Assembly (NCBI RefSeq): GCF_022045235.1
Contig: NW_027266264.1
Span: 24,738,001 to 24,802,000, forward strand
Direction: 5' to 3'
Source of the DNA: Haliotis cracherodii
Lineage: Eukaryota
DNA: 64,000 bases
Position numbers and translations under genes: made by a program. The stretch's first letter is position 1; every line of letters begins with the position of its first letter. This document shows, piece by piece, positions 34,306 to 53,100 of the stretch. The notes under the pieces are model-generated. The model worked only from the letters and a program-made list of their open reading frames with translations. It had not been told where the DNA came from and ran no database searches.

Positions 34306-34364
34306 AGTAACCACTCGAACTATTCCTTTAACAAGCAAGTCGGTTATTCCCCTGGAGTTAGTGC

Positions 34365-34414
<50 letters not shown>

Positions 34415-35215
34415 GCACTGACTTTTATCGTCAGTTTACTCTCTCGCCTCGGGAAGATGCAGAACCAGTAGACATGGTTTCTGTTGTTGATCTAGACCCA
34501 ATAGCAGAAGTAGTTGATGGAGTAAGTTGCTACGCGGATTTTAGCGACATTCAAGCCATGTGACAGTTGGGGATCATGAGTTACATGTGGAGGATGTTGC
34601 GAGCTGAGGGGGGTTGTCCACCACGAGACAGAAGGTAACTTAACATGTGAACAAGCTAAATTGTTATTATTATCGTAGTAAATGTAGGCATCAGTAGCAA
34701 GAAGTAGGATGTATTGAAGTTATACTTCTAGTTGAGGTATGTAATCAGAGCGCACTTTGATCACAAGTGTGAATTTGACAGCAATTCTGTAATACTGTGC
34801 CACGAAGAGTCACCTCCCTTACAACAGTGGAGACTGCTTGCTGGTAACACTTGAGCTGTAGGAGTTGTGTTCTTTAACAAATCACTCACAGTGCGTCAGA
34901 AACAAGAAGCACAATGTATAGTTTCACAACAGAAGCAAAAAAGGCTACATTTTGGTCACAAAAGATATATGACCAGTTGTGTTTGCATATTTTCTTTTAT
35001 ATTATATATAATAAGTGTGAGTAAGTTGGGTTTTACACTGATAAACAGGATTTCAGTTGCATCGCAGCGCGTCATATGAATGTGAGACTGCCACTCAGTG
35101 TACGGACACGTACAACGTCCTGTTATATTGACCATACCGCCCACTGGTGCACACGTCACAGGTCACAGGTGGTGATGACACGTGACTGTTTTCATCCGGG
35201 TTCGTGGGTCTTTCT

Positions 35216-35232
35216 ACTTTCACTTTCGCTTT
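35216..35232 (-). promoter_or_regulatory. Tandem IRF-element/ISRE-like site upstream of gene C
   Basis: ACTTTCACTTTCGCTTT, reverse complement AAAGCGAAAGTGAAAGT, contains the GAAAGTGAAAGT IRF1/2 consensus; the single substitution relative to A and B stays within the consensus. Confidence 0.6.
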
Positions 35233-36227
35233 ACAGTTGTAGTCATGTAACCTCGTAGTGGAGGAGAAGACAGGCGTCTCGAGCTGACCACGTACACAAA
35301 ATCAGATAGTGTAGAGGTCAGTATTTGGGAAACTGTAAGGTAACACGGCTGTAGGATAGGAGTGCCACTCGCTGACAGTTGCTGAAATACGTACTAGCTA
35401 AAGATAGTCGCGGTTGTGTGACTGGCATCGATCCAGCGCAGCCCAGACACCAACAGCACTGCACATACTCTGTGTCATAAATCACAAGTTCATTCGGAAA
35501 TGCCATCACCTGCACCCCAAACACTTTGCCCTTCACCTTGTGTTTCCCGTGTGGGTGACTGCACCTACATTGAAACACATATTCCATATCACTGAAACCC
35601 GTAACGACTCGGCGTACATGGGCTCACACAAAGGGTAACATCACATCATATATCCCTCAATATGCCTTAACTAATGATGTATCGCGCCTGGAAGGGAACT
35701 GCCTTATACCCCAACAAGCTGCACTTAGATTTCTGAGCAGGGTAATATATCCCTTATACCCTGCGTCGAAGCATCAAACCGCACGTTGTCAACCTCGGAT
35801 CAATCGAACGTCTTTTTTGTATATCAATTTGTTATAATTCTTTTACAGTGACATATAATCCATATTCCATAACATATAATCAATATATCCGTCCATATTC
35901 CATATCATATAATCCACAATGACAGATTAAAACATTTCAGTAAGATATATTGGTATTAGCTGTATCACTTGGGGTACATGTGGTTTATGCGTCCCTGGTT
36001 AGGTTTTATGCCACGAGCCGGAGGCGTCAAGTTTCATATATTGTAATGATCACCTTGCAATTGAGATGGCACACGTGTATCTCCAACAGGCAACACATTC
36101 CGCGTGTATCACGCATTGGTGAATGATATGTGGGCAACGCTATTTTTCAGGGCATTATCATTTGTAGAAGCCGGAGGCCTTACATTAACTGCCTGACGAA
36201 GGAGGGCAGTTAAAAAGACCGAGGACA

Positions 36228-36725
36228 ACATATCCGTCCATATTCCATAACATATCACCAACATATCCGTCCATATTTCATAACATATAATCCACATATC
36301 CGTCCATATTCCATAACATATAATCTACATATCCATCCATATTCGATAACATATAATCAACATATCCGTCCATATTCCATAACATATAAATAACATATCC
36401 GTCCATATTCCATAACATATAACCAACATATCCGTCCATATTTCATAACATATAATCAACATATCCGTCCATATTCCATAACATAAAATCCACATATCAG
36501 TCCATATTCCATAACATATAATCAATATATCTGTCCATATTCCATAACATATAGTCAACATATCCGTCCATATTCCTTAACATATAATCCACATATTCGT
36601 CCATATTCCATAACATATAATCAATATATCTGTCCATATTCCATAACATATAATCCACATATCCGTCCACGTTCCATAACATATAATCCACATATTCGTC
36701 CATATTCCTTAACATATCACCCATA
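36228..36725. repeat. 33-bp minisatellite, about 15 units, upstream of gene C
   Basis: Same unit as 8210-8515. Confidence 0.95.
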
Positions 36726-36918
36726 TTTGACGTTCCATACTTCCACTCATGTTCCATTTCCATGAATGTTTTATGGCCATTTTCAATGACAAATTGCATC
36801 ATTTTCCTTGAATCTCAATGTAAACGGAAATTAAAATAGCTTCAAAGGTGTCTGTGTATTTAGTTCATTCAGTTGGGGATTGTAAGTATAATATCAGTAT
36901 TTTCCATCTACAGACAAC

Positions 36919-42353
<5,435 letters not shown>

Positions 42354-42483
42354 AAGCAGACAGGAATGTCCCTGTGCTATTGTAGCATCAAAATATATGT
42401 ATACTTACTGATTGTAGAACGTACCGGAGCAATTACATCAAGTGCAGGATAATGCAGGTCTCTTGCTGTGTTCGTTCAGATTA

Positions 42484-42658
42484 CAGTAAACTACGGTTAT
42501 AACGAACACGGTTATAACGAACTGACGGATATAACGAACTTACTTTTTTGTCCCGACTATTTGCTGTAGTTATACTGTATATATGCTTATAACGAACTAC
42601 GGTTATAACGAACAGAAATTAGTAGTCCCTTTGAGTTCGTTATAACCGTACTTTACTG
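42484..42658. mobile_element. Tc1/mariner-type (pogo/Tigger-like) MITE just 3' of the gene C stop codon
   Basis: TA|CAGTAAACTACGGTTATAACGAAC...GTTCGTTATAACCGTACTTTACTG|TA, with internal repeats of TTATAACGAAC. Confidence 0.9.
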
Positions 42659-43630
42659 TACCTAATTTTTCCATGGTGTTCGTATCATTTGACTTCCTTG
42701 GCTCCATTAAGTATTAAGATTATGATAAAGACTAAGACAAGTGTAAACCCATTCTTGCGTTTCTTACGTGTTGCTCTCTGTGATGTGATTGGAATGTATC
42801 TTAGATGGGCGATTCACTCAAGTCTTTCTTTAACGCCATGCTTCTCGTTCATGACTTTAGAGATCTTGGTGAATAAACAAGGGAGACTCCAACTAGCATA
42901 TATATATGTTTATTTTATGTTAAGCCATGACTTGTATTTAGGATGTGTTTTTTTATTTGCTTTTTTCTATATTGCCTTTTAAACCCAAAGACAAAGATAT
43001 CTTATCGCATCTAACCATGTACATTAGCAAGCTTAATTATACACGCTTATCAGTGTAGCTACACGATTAAACTAGACACAGGGATACACTATTGCATCCT
43101 GGATGTTTTTGTTGGTACCAGGGAAATATTACGGATAAACAGGATTCGTTATTAACGAATGATGGGTACCAAACACTGTAGATGTGTCAACACGAGGTTG
43201 CCGGGCTGTGGGTCTTCAGTGTACATATTGTAACATGCCCTAGTTTCACTGACACACGCGCGGTTAGCTATGCCTTTTTGGTAACACCCTCCACCCCACC
43301 CCGCAGTGGATAGGGTGTGTGCCCGCAGAGCGCAGGGTCAGTAGTCCGATACCCTGTCGCGCTATGCCTAGAGACGTTACAAAAGATGGTACTTGTTGTT
43401 TCCCTGCCTGGCGCTCGACAGTCAGGTATATTATATTGCTTGAATAAAGTTCTGTATAACCATTTTCTTACGATATTATTTTGACCTTTCGTCCAGTGAG
43501 GCTGGACAGAATAGGTCATCAGCATGCCGAACCTGACCATAATGAGGTCCACGTGGTGGGACCTGACAAGGCTCTGACCCACAATGTCACCACAGCGATA
43601 TGACCTATCGTATATATACTAAGTATTGGA

Positions 43631-43887
43631 GGGGGCACAGGCGCCGCGCTTCGCTGTGCAGAGTTGCGTCCCTTGGGCACGCCAGAAACCTATGATTGTG
43701 GGTTCGAATCCCGGTTCGCCCCGATTATGTTTCTAGGTTTGTCATCACCATGCCCGTGCTCGTGGGTTTCACCGAAGTGGTAAACGTCTGAGACCTGTAT
43801 CAATTCGGGCTTTCCTCCCACATTAAGCTGACACGCCGTGATATAACTGGAATACTGTTAAAAGCGTCGTTAAAACCAACTCACTCA
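43631..43887 (+). mobile_element. SINE family 2
   Basis: Same head, body and tail; flanked by a TSD-like (C)TAAGTATTG repeat. Confidence 0.85.
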
Positions 43888-44290
43888 TAACTTAAGTATT
43901 GAGGTTTCGATAGTCGGAGCTCTAAGATACTCTATCCTTTTCACGAACACCTGGTGTCATCACTGATTTTTAGCGATTCATTCATATTATTGTTACAAAT
44001 ATTTGCCTTTTATGTCCAGTGAGTGAGTGAGTGAGTATGGTTTTACGCCGCTTTTAGCAATATTCCAGCAATATCACGGCGGGAGACTCCAGAAATGAGA
44101 ATATTTGCCTTTTATGTCCAGTGGACAGATAACCGAGACTAATATCCTCGTATAAACGTTGACGTTTTATATTTTGTGGAAGGGGTGCCCTGGGTCGTAG
44201 CTACTGCTACCAGCAACAGACGTGATATGGCCAGAATATTGACTGGCATTGGCGTATAACAGCATTCACTCTCACTCGCTGACTTGGATT

Positions 44291-44555
44291 GAGACCTGTG
44301 AAGATCCGGGTTGGAATAGGTCTTCAGCAACCTATGCTTGCCGTAAAAGGCGAATATGTTTGTCGTAAGAGGCGACTAACGGGATCGGGTCGTCAGGCTC
44401 GCTGACTTGGTTGATGCATGCCATCGATCCCAATTGCGTGGATCGATGCTCATGATATCAAGCACTGAATTGTCTTGTCCAGGCTCGATTATTTACAGAC
44501 CGCCGTCATATAGCTGGAATATTGCTGAGTTCGGCGTTAAACAACAAGCAAACAA
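44291..44555 (+). mobile_element. SINE family 3; other + copies at about 47113-47292, 58220-58403 and 60221-60456
   Basis: Collinear with 34022-34305. Confidence 0.85.
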
Positions 44556-45449
44556 AACGGACAAACAAAACTTTGGTGGAACCACGTGCGGACTTTTTGA
44601 CTTCCTCGTATGAGGATATACGTGCAGTAGATAGTTGTTATGTCGCGAGCTTGTAATCTCCATGAAGAGAATAGCGGTTATTAACTATTAACATTCATCT
44701 TACTTCCTTTTGGTTTTTCCTCTTACATGAAGGTGACGAGACGTGGTACAACTGAACTGCTATTCATAGCGTTGTTGCACAGATGTCACTGTTATCGTTA
44801 TCTGATAGCTCTGATAGATTCAATGTCTGGTAGATAAGAGCAACGGCAATTCCGTATAACCGTATCTACATACCTGTCTTGTATAAAAACGGTTCAATCA
44901 GAGACCATATAATAGAAGGAAATAGATATAAATGTCCCGGAAGACACACATGTTCAGCAAATAATTTGCAGCCAACTGACATGTCCAAAATCATTTGTAG
45001 TCCGCTAAGAGACGTCCTTTTATTGGATTGTCGCTGGTCGTAGTCGGAGAAATCTCGGCTGAGGGAAATAACTCTTGCCCCGGATATTATGTGATGTTGT
45101 TAACGTGGTTACCAGAATGGTCAGTCGTGAATGTCTGCGCATCTGCAGCGGTACAGGGAGTTTAACAGCAGGGTGTCGGGGTGTATCAGTTACATGCCAG
45201 ACCGTAGCGCTGATGGGGAGGGCCGTCCCTCTATTATATGGTCTCTGGTTCAATACATCGTTTTTGGATTCGAACACTGAACATCAAGTGTACCATTGTT
45301 CATACGGATGTGACAGACCAGCCAGATCGTGTCTTTCTGAACACGTGCTAAGTACAACATCTACAAATTCAGTTAGCAAGATGGACCGTTGAGTGTTGCA
45401 GGTACCCGTGCCAGAAAACGTCCGTCAGTTGAGTGGCACGGAATGCACA

Positions 45450-45785
45450 ATGCCCATATTAGGCATTAACGATCGTCATCGAGCATTCGGCATGATTGAA
45501 ACTGCTATGACGACAACACGAGGGTCACCGCACTAGGTTATGCATAGCCTTGCATGGGTGGAAACAGAGGGGGGTTGCGGGGGTGCGCCCCCCCCCCCCC
45601 CCCTTTTTATTCCGAGTTTTTTTTTTATTTCTGTATAAATTACCACCAAAGACAATAAATAGATCTTAATTGTGCACCCCCTGTATCCGCCCATGGCCTA
45701 GTGCGCATGATCGCCCAAGAAACGGAAGCCCTCCACGTGTAACGTCATTACATGGTTATCGCCCTTTCTCACTCGCGCCAACGCC
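45450..45785 (+). mobile_element. Highly degenerate Tc1-like transposase 5' fragment interrupted by a MITE
   Basis: ATG at 45450 reads MPILGINDRHRAFGMIETAM (cf. Tc1 MPRL...RAIGML.AG); after the insert it reads AHDRPRNGSPPRVTS (cf. DRPRSGRPRVTT). Confidence 0.55.
45553..45695. mobile_element. Small GC-rich-TIR MITE; related element at about 62870-62996
   Basis: CATGGGTGGAAACAGAGGGGG pairs with CACCCCCTGTATCCGCCCATG; the second element has AGGTGGATTCAG / CTGGATCCGCCT. Confidence 0.7.
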
Positions 45786-47623
45786 ACCTATCAGCGTTAA
45801 CTCCTGCCAGGCAGACTGTTGCAAATTGTGCGAGTGGTGGGTGCTAGCGGTTGATCCAAACTTTTCGCGACCACCAGGGATCATCACTGATTTTCAGTGA
45901 TCCATTGTCGCCACTATTTTGTCTTTGACGCCCAATGGAATCTGTTTCGGCAGATAATCGAGACTGGTTATTCTCTGGCGTTGGCGTATTGTATTTACAC
46001 AACAGGTAACTTGCACATTTTTCCCAGCAACCGGTACCAAAACCATTGAAGTGAATATAAAGTCTGATTGATAAACACATGGCTAGAGTGGAACCGATAC
46101 AATACAATTATACCTCATGTTAAACAGTCTAAGTGTTGAGTTGAGATGTATCAGCTCTTTATATGTTCTACCTACGTTTTACATTTAGGACCAGACAAAC
46201 CAGTGATTGACATCATGAGCGTCAATCCACGCAATTGGGATACGATGACATGCATGAACCAAGTCAGCGAGCCTGACAGGCTGATCCCGGTAGTCGCCTC
46301 TTACGAAAAGCAGGTGTTGCTGAAGACCTATTGTAACCCGGATTTTCACGGGTATACCTAATACATTGATATGAATAGGGAAGAGCTTATTCATAACGTC
46401 ACTGTAATTCAAACTGTCCATGGTATGAATTAATTCACCTTAATGTATTTATGCAGACACACGGCCATGGTGACAATAAGATGATTAACAACAAAGTAAA
46501 ACGCATAGGGAGCCCGGCTCTGTTATCTCAGAATGTTGCACCATAAGATCCTCTTCGTGAAAGTGCAAACACTGGTATGACTGCGGGTGCACACATATTG
46601 CCTTGATCTTTTGCGCGCGTTCNNNNNNNNNNNNNNNNNNNNNNNNNNNNNNNNNNNNNNNNNNNNNNNNNNNNNNNNNNNNNNNNNNNNNNNNNNNNNN
46701 NNNNNNNNNNNNNNNNNNNNNNNNNNNNNNNNNNNNNNNNNNNNNNNNNNNNNNNNNNNNNNNNNNNNNNNNNNNNNNNNNNNNNNNNNNNNNNNNNNNN
46801 NNNNNNNNNNNNNNNNNNNNNNNNNNNNNNNNNNNNNNNNNNNNNNNNNNNNNNNNNNNNNNNNNNNNNNNNNNNNNNNNNNNNNNNNNNNNNNNNNTTC
46901 TGTACTTTTTACCAAGAACAATATAATCTGTAGTGTATGTTCTTTGAGAAAGTAAGCCTTAAACGATCTCTGTCTCTTGAAAAAGCTTCAGGATGTTGAA
47001 AAAATAGAGAAATTGACCGCCACAAAAAAAAAATCGGTATAATAGTTTTAAATTAAATATATATCTGGTTTGTAGCTGTAGCTGAAAAAAATATCTAATC
47101 TCAATACAAAATCCCACTAACGGGATTGGGTGATCCGGCTCACTGATTTGGTTGATACATGTCATCGTATCCTAATCGCGTAGGTCTATGCTCATATCAA
47201 TCACTGGATTGTCTGGTCCATACTCGTTTATTTACAGACCACCGTCACATAGCTGGAATATTGCTGAGTGCGGCGTTCAACAACAAACAAACATACCGAC
47301 TCACACAATCACCTACGGTTACGATGATTGGTTTGCCCCCACTATAACCTTGCTCACAGGATTAGGCTTCCCCCTATATTCAGCGAGGCGAGGTGAGATG
47401 AAATTTGGTTCAACGTCGGGTCCAATATTATTGCACTTATATATAGNNNNNNNNNNNNNNNNNNNNNNNNNNNNNNNNNNNNNNNNNNNNNNNNNNNNNN
47501 NNNNNNNNNNNNNNNNNNNNNNNNNNNNNNNNNNNNNNNNNNNNNNNNNNNNNNNNNNNNNNNNNNNNNNNNNNNNNNNNNNNNNNNNNNNNNNNNNNNN
47601 NNNNNNNNNNNNNNNNNNNNNNN

Positions 47624-47817
47624 ATTGATAGTGCTAGCCCACTGAGATACCATGCCGCAGTTTAACATGAATACCTTTAGACCCTTAATGCCGAGCGCCA
47701 GGCAGGGTAACAACAAGTACCATCTTTTAACGTCTTTTGGTATGAGGCTGCCAGGGATCGAACCCCGGACCTTCCGCTCTCCGGGCGGACGCTCTACCAC
47801 TAGGCCACGGAGGCGGC
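47624..47817 (-). mobile_element. tRNA-derived SINE, family 4; related copies at about 43289-43425 (+) and 48345-48620 (+)
   Basis: The minus strand reads GGCCGCCTCCGTGGCCTAGTGGTAGAGCGTCCGCC...GGTTCGATCCC...CATACCAAAAGACGTTAAAAGATGGTACTTGTTGTTACCCTGCCTGGCGCTCGGCATTAAGGG. Confidence 0.82.
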
Positions 47818-49580
47818 CACACTGAGCGAGACAAGTCACAATAAATTCCCTTTCTGCACAAGACACCGGTGTTACAACTTCAACATGGACTAATGTCACC
47901 AGTGAGACTAAAAATAGCATGATCATGTAAGCCTCGTTTGTTTATTAAGAAACACGTGGAAGGAATGCTCCATGACTACCTTTAAGACGACACGTCATAA
48001 CTCTGACACGTCATAAGGTACATTCAAGATGGCGTTAGCCTTTACTCACTAAACACTTCAGTGAACATAACACGCTTTACTTATCATCACGACCTTTGCC
48101 AAATAGTGAAAATAAACAACAATCAAATGTTACATACGCGTAGCCTATACATCGGGATATTGCTATTCTGCAACGTGAGATCATGTTTTCACACCAGACA
48201 GATAAGACCAGGAAGTAGGTGCGAGGGCAAGTTCACTCAAGTTTCTTTTCAAAATGATGTCTACGAGATCACAGCCTGACAGCGTTTTCAAACACGGTGG
48301 AATTTAGGTAAGTTTGTGTAGTCAATATTCGGGCAGAATATACTAGTACCAAAAGACGTTAAAATATGGTACTTGTTGTTACCCTGTCTGGCGCTCGGCA
48401 TTAAGGGGCTAAAACAAGGACTGGTCGGCTCGAAGTCAGGGTACTGTGTCTGAGTGGGGTATTCATGTTGAACTGCGGCATGGTATCTCAGTGGACTGAC
48501 ACTATCAATCGGCATCAGTCTGGATTAGTACAAGCAGTCACACACACATGTGCATGTACATGGCTGTATAAGCGCAATAATCTTGGATGCGACGTTAAAT
48601 CCCATTCACCTCACCTCACCATTTATCTCAGTGAGTGCGTGAACATGGTTTAACGCTTGAATACGATGTCAGTGATGTCGCGGGTGTCAGCTGTAAGTAG
48701 GAAAGAATACCAAACTTGACGCAGTGCGTCGTCGCGTACGAGTATTGAGTTGACAAATCTTGGATTCGAAACAACGTCCAGCATATCCTGGTGCGGCGAA
48801 GGGAGGTCACGGTATATAGGAATAGCGGCGCCATAGATTACTATGTCGCCCGTGCTCTCTAATTATATCAGATATTCTGTAATATAATACACACACTTTG
48901 TAAGAGGAAGAGGACAATGTGGGCTAGATAACACTAATCCGTATCATGTTCCCTACGTTCAGGTATATTGCTCATGACCCACTTTATTATTCCATAATGT
49001 AACACACAAACTCCTCCCTTTATTGATGAACATAAATAAAAGTTCAAAATGCTGACAAATTTCCTACAAGGAGGTACCTTATGTGTGTGTGTGTCATCGT
49101 CTATCGTTGTATTCTCAGATAACCACTGGTTGTCACAGTACATAAACACAAACGTATAGGTCCCGGCGCTGTCAATAAAGGGGTTGATAATATTGACTTA
49201 ATGACTAGACAGGTCTAGCAAAGCCTACTGCATTTAGAACAACATACATTTTACACTTCAATCGACCCACCAAACGATGTCGACATTGGTTGAGGCAGAG
49301 GTACAGCTATCAGCAGTACCTTAAACGCGGTGAGTACATTGACAATCCCTCTAGTTAGGAAAGTGAACCATAGACTTCGTGGGTGCTCGTTGACACAAAA
49401 GCAGCCATTTGATATTCTTGAGGGGTATGTGTATGGGGCTGAGATTTTGTGTATGAATGCTAGATATCTTTTCATTTACAGCTGCAAAAATAAACCCAGT
49501 AGGTCGGTGTGGTCGGTGCCATGATTCTTTTTGACCATTTCTTGATTGATATACATCATGCTGTTTGAAGAACTATTTGT

Positions 49581-49609
49581 AGCATCAGCAGCAGCATCAT
49601 CAGCAGCAT

Positions 49610-49648
<39 letters not shown>

Positions 49649-49660
49649 TAGTAGTAGTAG
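49581..49660. repeat. (CAG/CAT)n(TAG)n compound microsatellite
   Basis: Direct. Confidence 0.95.
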
Positions 49661-50181
49661 TTTAGACATTTACAAACTAAACGCGGGTAGATCTATAAAT
49701 GGCGGAGGGAGATCAATAAAAAATACTTCTTATGATAAACATGATTTTATATATTTTGCGGTATACAAATCGCTGTTTTACTGTTAGAACTGTAACTACT
49801 GTTCTATCATTTCAAAGACTTTGGACAAAGTTTAAATTTTCATCTTTTATGACACCCTTATTTTCACCAATCGCTATGCCTGTGAACTGTGTTTAGAGTT
49901 ACCTGCCCTTTACGGGTACCAGTGGTTTGGGACATGACCTTCCAGACACCGGAACAAGGGCTGGAATTTAAAATGAAATCTTTCTTTGCCAAGTTCTGCA
50001 ACAAGTAACAATGTGTTGGCATGAAAGGAAGAGCCCTTCATCTATTTGGTCGTTTGATCTTGAAATAATAACGATGTGCACCTTTTTGTTATTCTCCTTT
50101 GTCAAACTGTGATAGTTTTATTTCGACATACGAAGACAATGAACGTGACCCTAGTGTCTGTTCCTGATTGTAGGTGGGAGT

Positions 50182-53100
50182 ATGATGGCAGCTCCCCGCC
50201 CGACGTCATGTTCAAGACCTACCCAACAGGTCTACGTGACCCCCTACAGCCTTAAAGTCGTCACGTACGTCGGTGACATCATGGCCATATCAGCTGATGC
50301 AGTTGTGACGAGTGAGAAACAGGACCTGGATCGGGAGAGCCAGGTGACAACGACACTTAAAAAGAGTTCCAAGGAATTTGCAGAGAAAAGGGATGAAAAG
50401 AAGAGAACAACGAGACGTTTCAAGTCGTGGTCAGTTCACACCACCCATCTGTTGAATCCATGGCCGTTTAGATTTGTATTCCACGCCATCGCGAAACGTC
50501 CAGGCGAAACCAATAGGTGGGTGATGAAAATGAGGAGGTTATACAAGACGATCATGAAGAAGGCCGAGAAGTATGGCGTGCAAGTCCTGGCCGTTCCTCT
50601 TCTTGGTACAGGTGGGGTAGCGTCTTATGGTTTATAATTCACAGTGTATTTCCGATCAGAACTCAATCTTATCATACTTATACTTCCTTACGCCCTTATC
50701 ATACACAGTAAACTACGTTTATGACGAACACGCTAATAAAGAACTGACCGATGTAACAAACTTATTTCTTAGTCCAGGCAATTTGTTGTATATATGCTGT
50801 AAATATGCTTATAACGAACTACAGTTATTACGAACTAAATTTGTGGTCCCTTTGAGTCCGTTATAACCGTAGTTTGCTGTACTTCATATGATAAATCTAA
50901 TCCGATATTAGCAGTACATTTACTGGCTAAACACATGTTTAAGCTACAGTCTTGGATTATGAATTAAGGGATACCATTTTCAGCGGGGGAAAGGGTGCTC
51001 TCCTCTAAAACTAGGAATGTCGCTTCACAACAGCTTTTATAAATAAGATATGATTTATTTGGTAAGATTTCGCTCAAAGTTTTGTTGTTTTCAATGCAAC
51101 CTGTCATTAATTAGCTGGTTTTGTCAGGTGTCACACGCACGTTGAAATGTGGATGTTTTTGGCGAGGATTAATCGAACCCGGGCGTGACGAGCAAACGCT
51201 TTAACCACTAGGCTACCCCACCGCCCATTTATTAAAGGTCGTGATGATAAGTAAAGCGTGTTATGTTCAGTGAAGTGTTTGGTGCTTAGTGAATGCATGA
51301 GTGCAAGTTAGTGAGTAAAGGGTAACGTCATTTTGAATGTACCTGAGTTATGACGTGTCGGAGTTATGGCGTGTCGGAGTTATGACGTGTCGGAGTTATG
51401 GCGTGTCGGAGTTATGACGTGTCGGAGTTATGACGTGTCGGAGTAATGACGTGTCGGAGTTATGGCGTATGGCGTGTCGGAGTTATGGCGTGTCGGAGTT
51501 ATGACGTGTCGGAGTTATGACGTTTCGGAGTTATGACGTGTCGGAGTTATGGCATGGCGTGTCGGAGTTATGGCGTGTCCGAGTTATGACGTGTCGGAGT
51601 TATGACGTTTCGGAGTTATGACGTGTCGGAGTTATGGCGTATGGCGTGTCGGAGTTATGGCGTGTCGGTGTTATGACGTGTCGGAGTTATGACGTTTCGG
51701 AGTTATGACGTGTCGGAGTTATGGCATGGCGTGTCAGAGTTATGGCGTGTCCGAGTTATGACGTGTCGGAGTTATGACGTTTCGGAGTTATGACGTGCCG
51801 GAGTTATGGCATGGCGTGTCGGAGTTATGACGTTTCGGAGTTATGGCGTGTCGGAGTTATGGCGTGTCGGAGTTATGACGTGTCGGAGTAATGACGTGTC
51901 GGAGTTATGGCGTATGGCGTGTCGGAGTTATGGCGTGTCCGAGTTATGACGTGTCGGAGTTATGACGTTTCGGAGTTATGACGTGTCGGAGTTATGGCAT
52001 GGCGTGTCGGAGTCATGACGTTTCGGAGTTATGGCGTGTCGGAGTTATGGTGTGTCGGAGTTATGACGTGTCCGAGTTATGACGTGTCGGAGTTATAATG
52101 TGTCGGAGTTATGACGTGTCGAAGTTATGGCATGGCGTGTCGGAGTTATGACGTTTCGGAGTTATGGCGTGTCGGAGTTATGGTGTGTCGGAGTTATGAC
52201 GTGTCGGAGTTATGACGTGTCGGAGTTATGGCGTGTCGGAGTTATGACGTGTCGGAGTTATGACGTGTCGGAGTTATGGCGTTTCGGAGTTATGAAGTGT
52301 CGGAGTTATGGCGTGTCGGAGTTATGACGTGTCGGAGATATGGGGTGTCGGAGTTATGACGTGTCGGATTTATGGAGTGTCGAAGTTTTGGCGTGTCGGA
52401 GTTATGACGTGTCGGAGTTATCGCGTGTCACCTTAAAGGTAGTCATGAAGTTTTCCTTCCACGCGTTTCTTAATAAACCAACGAAGCTCACATGATCATG
52501 CTATTTTTAGCCTCATTGGTGACATCAGTCCATGTTGAAGTTGTAAAACCGGTGTCTTGTGCAGAAAGGGAATTTCAGTGTTGCTTTTGTTCTTCTAGCC
52601 TTTGAGTCTCGCTCAGTGTAAGGGGAAGCTAAACCTTCCAGCACGGTTATACTGCTGACATACCAAAAATCATAACAGTTGGTGATTGTGTAAGGTCTGT
52701 ATTTGTTTGTTTGTTGTTTAACGCCGCACTGAGCAATATTCCAGTTATATGACGGTGTCTGTAAATAAACGAGTATGGACCAGACAATCATGCCATGAGC
52801 ATCGATCCACGATTCTGTATGTAATGACAGTAGCGTTGTACATGAACTGACGGCCAAAAGAAATTTTACAGCTTTAAAAATGGAATTGCAAAAAATTAAA
52901 AAAACAGAAATTCAAACGAAATCAATGCAAAACACATCGTCCAAACACAACAATGCTCTATGCAGTAAGTGATACATGTCCAAGGCACGATTTTCGTGTG
53001 TAAAAAATGCGAACAAGTGAAAAACACGTGCCGCTTGGGCAGCCGAAACTACAAGTGAAACAAAGATATATAAATAATTCGGACACTCACTCTGTCAGAC

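Noticed and set aside
46523-47926. ORFs spanning N runs
   Set aside because: Artefacts of undetermined bases.
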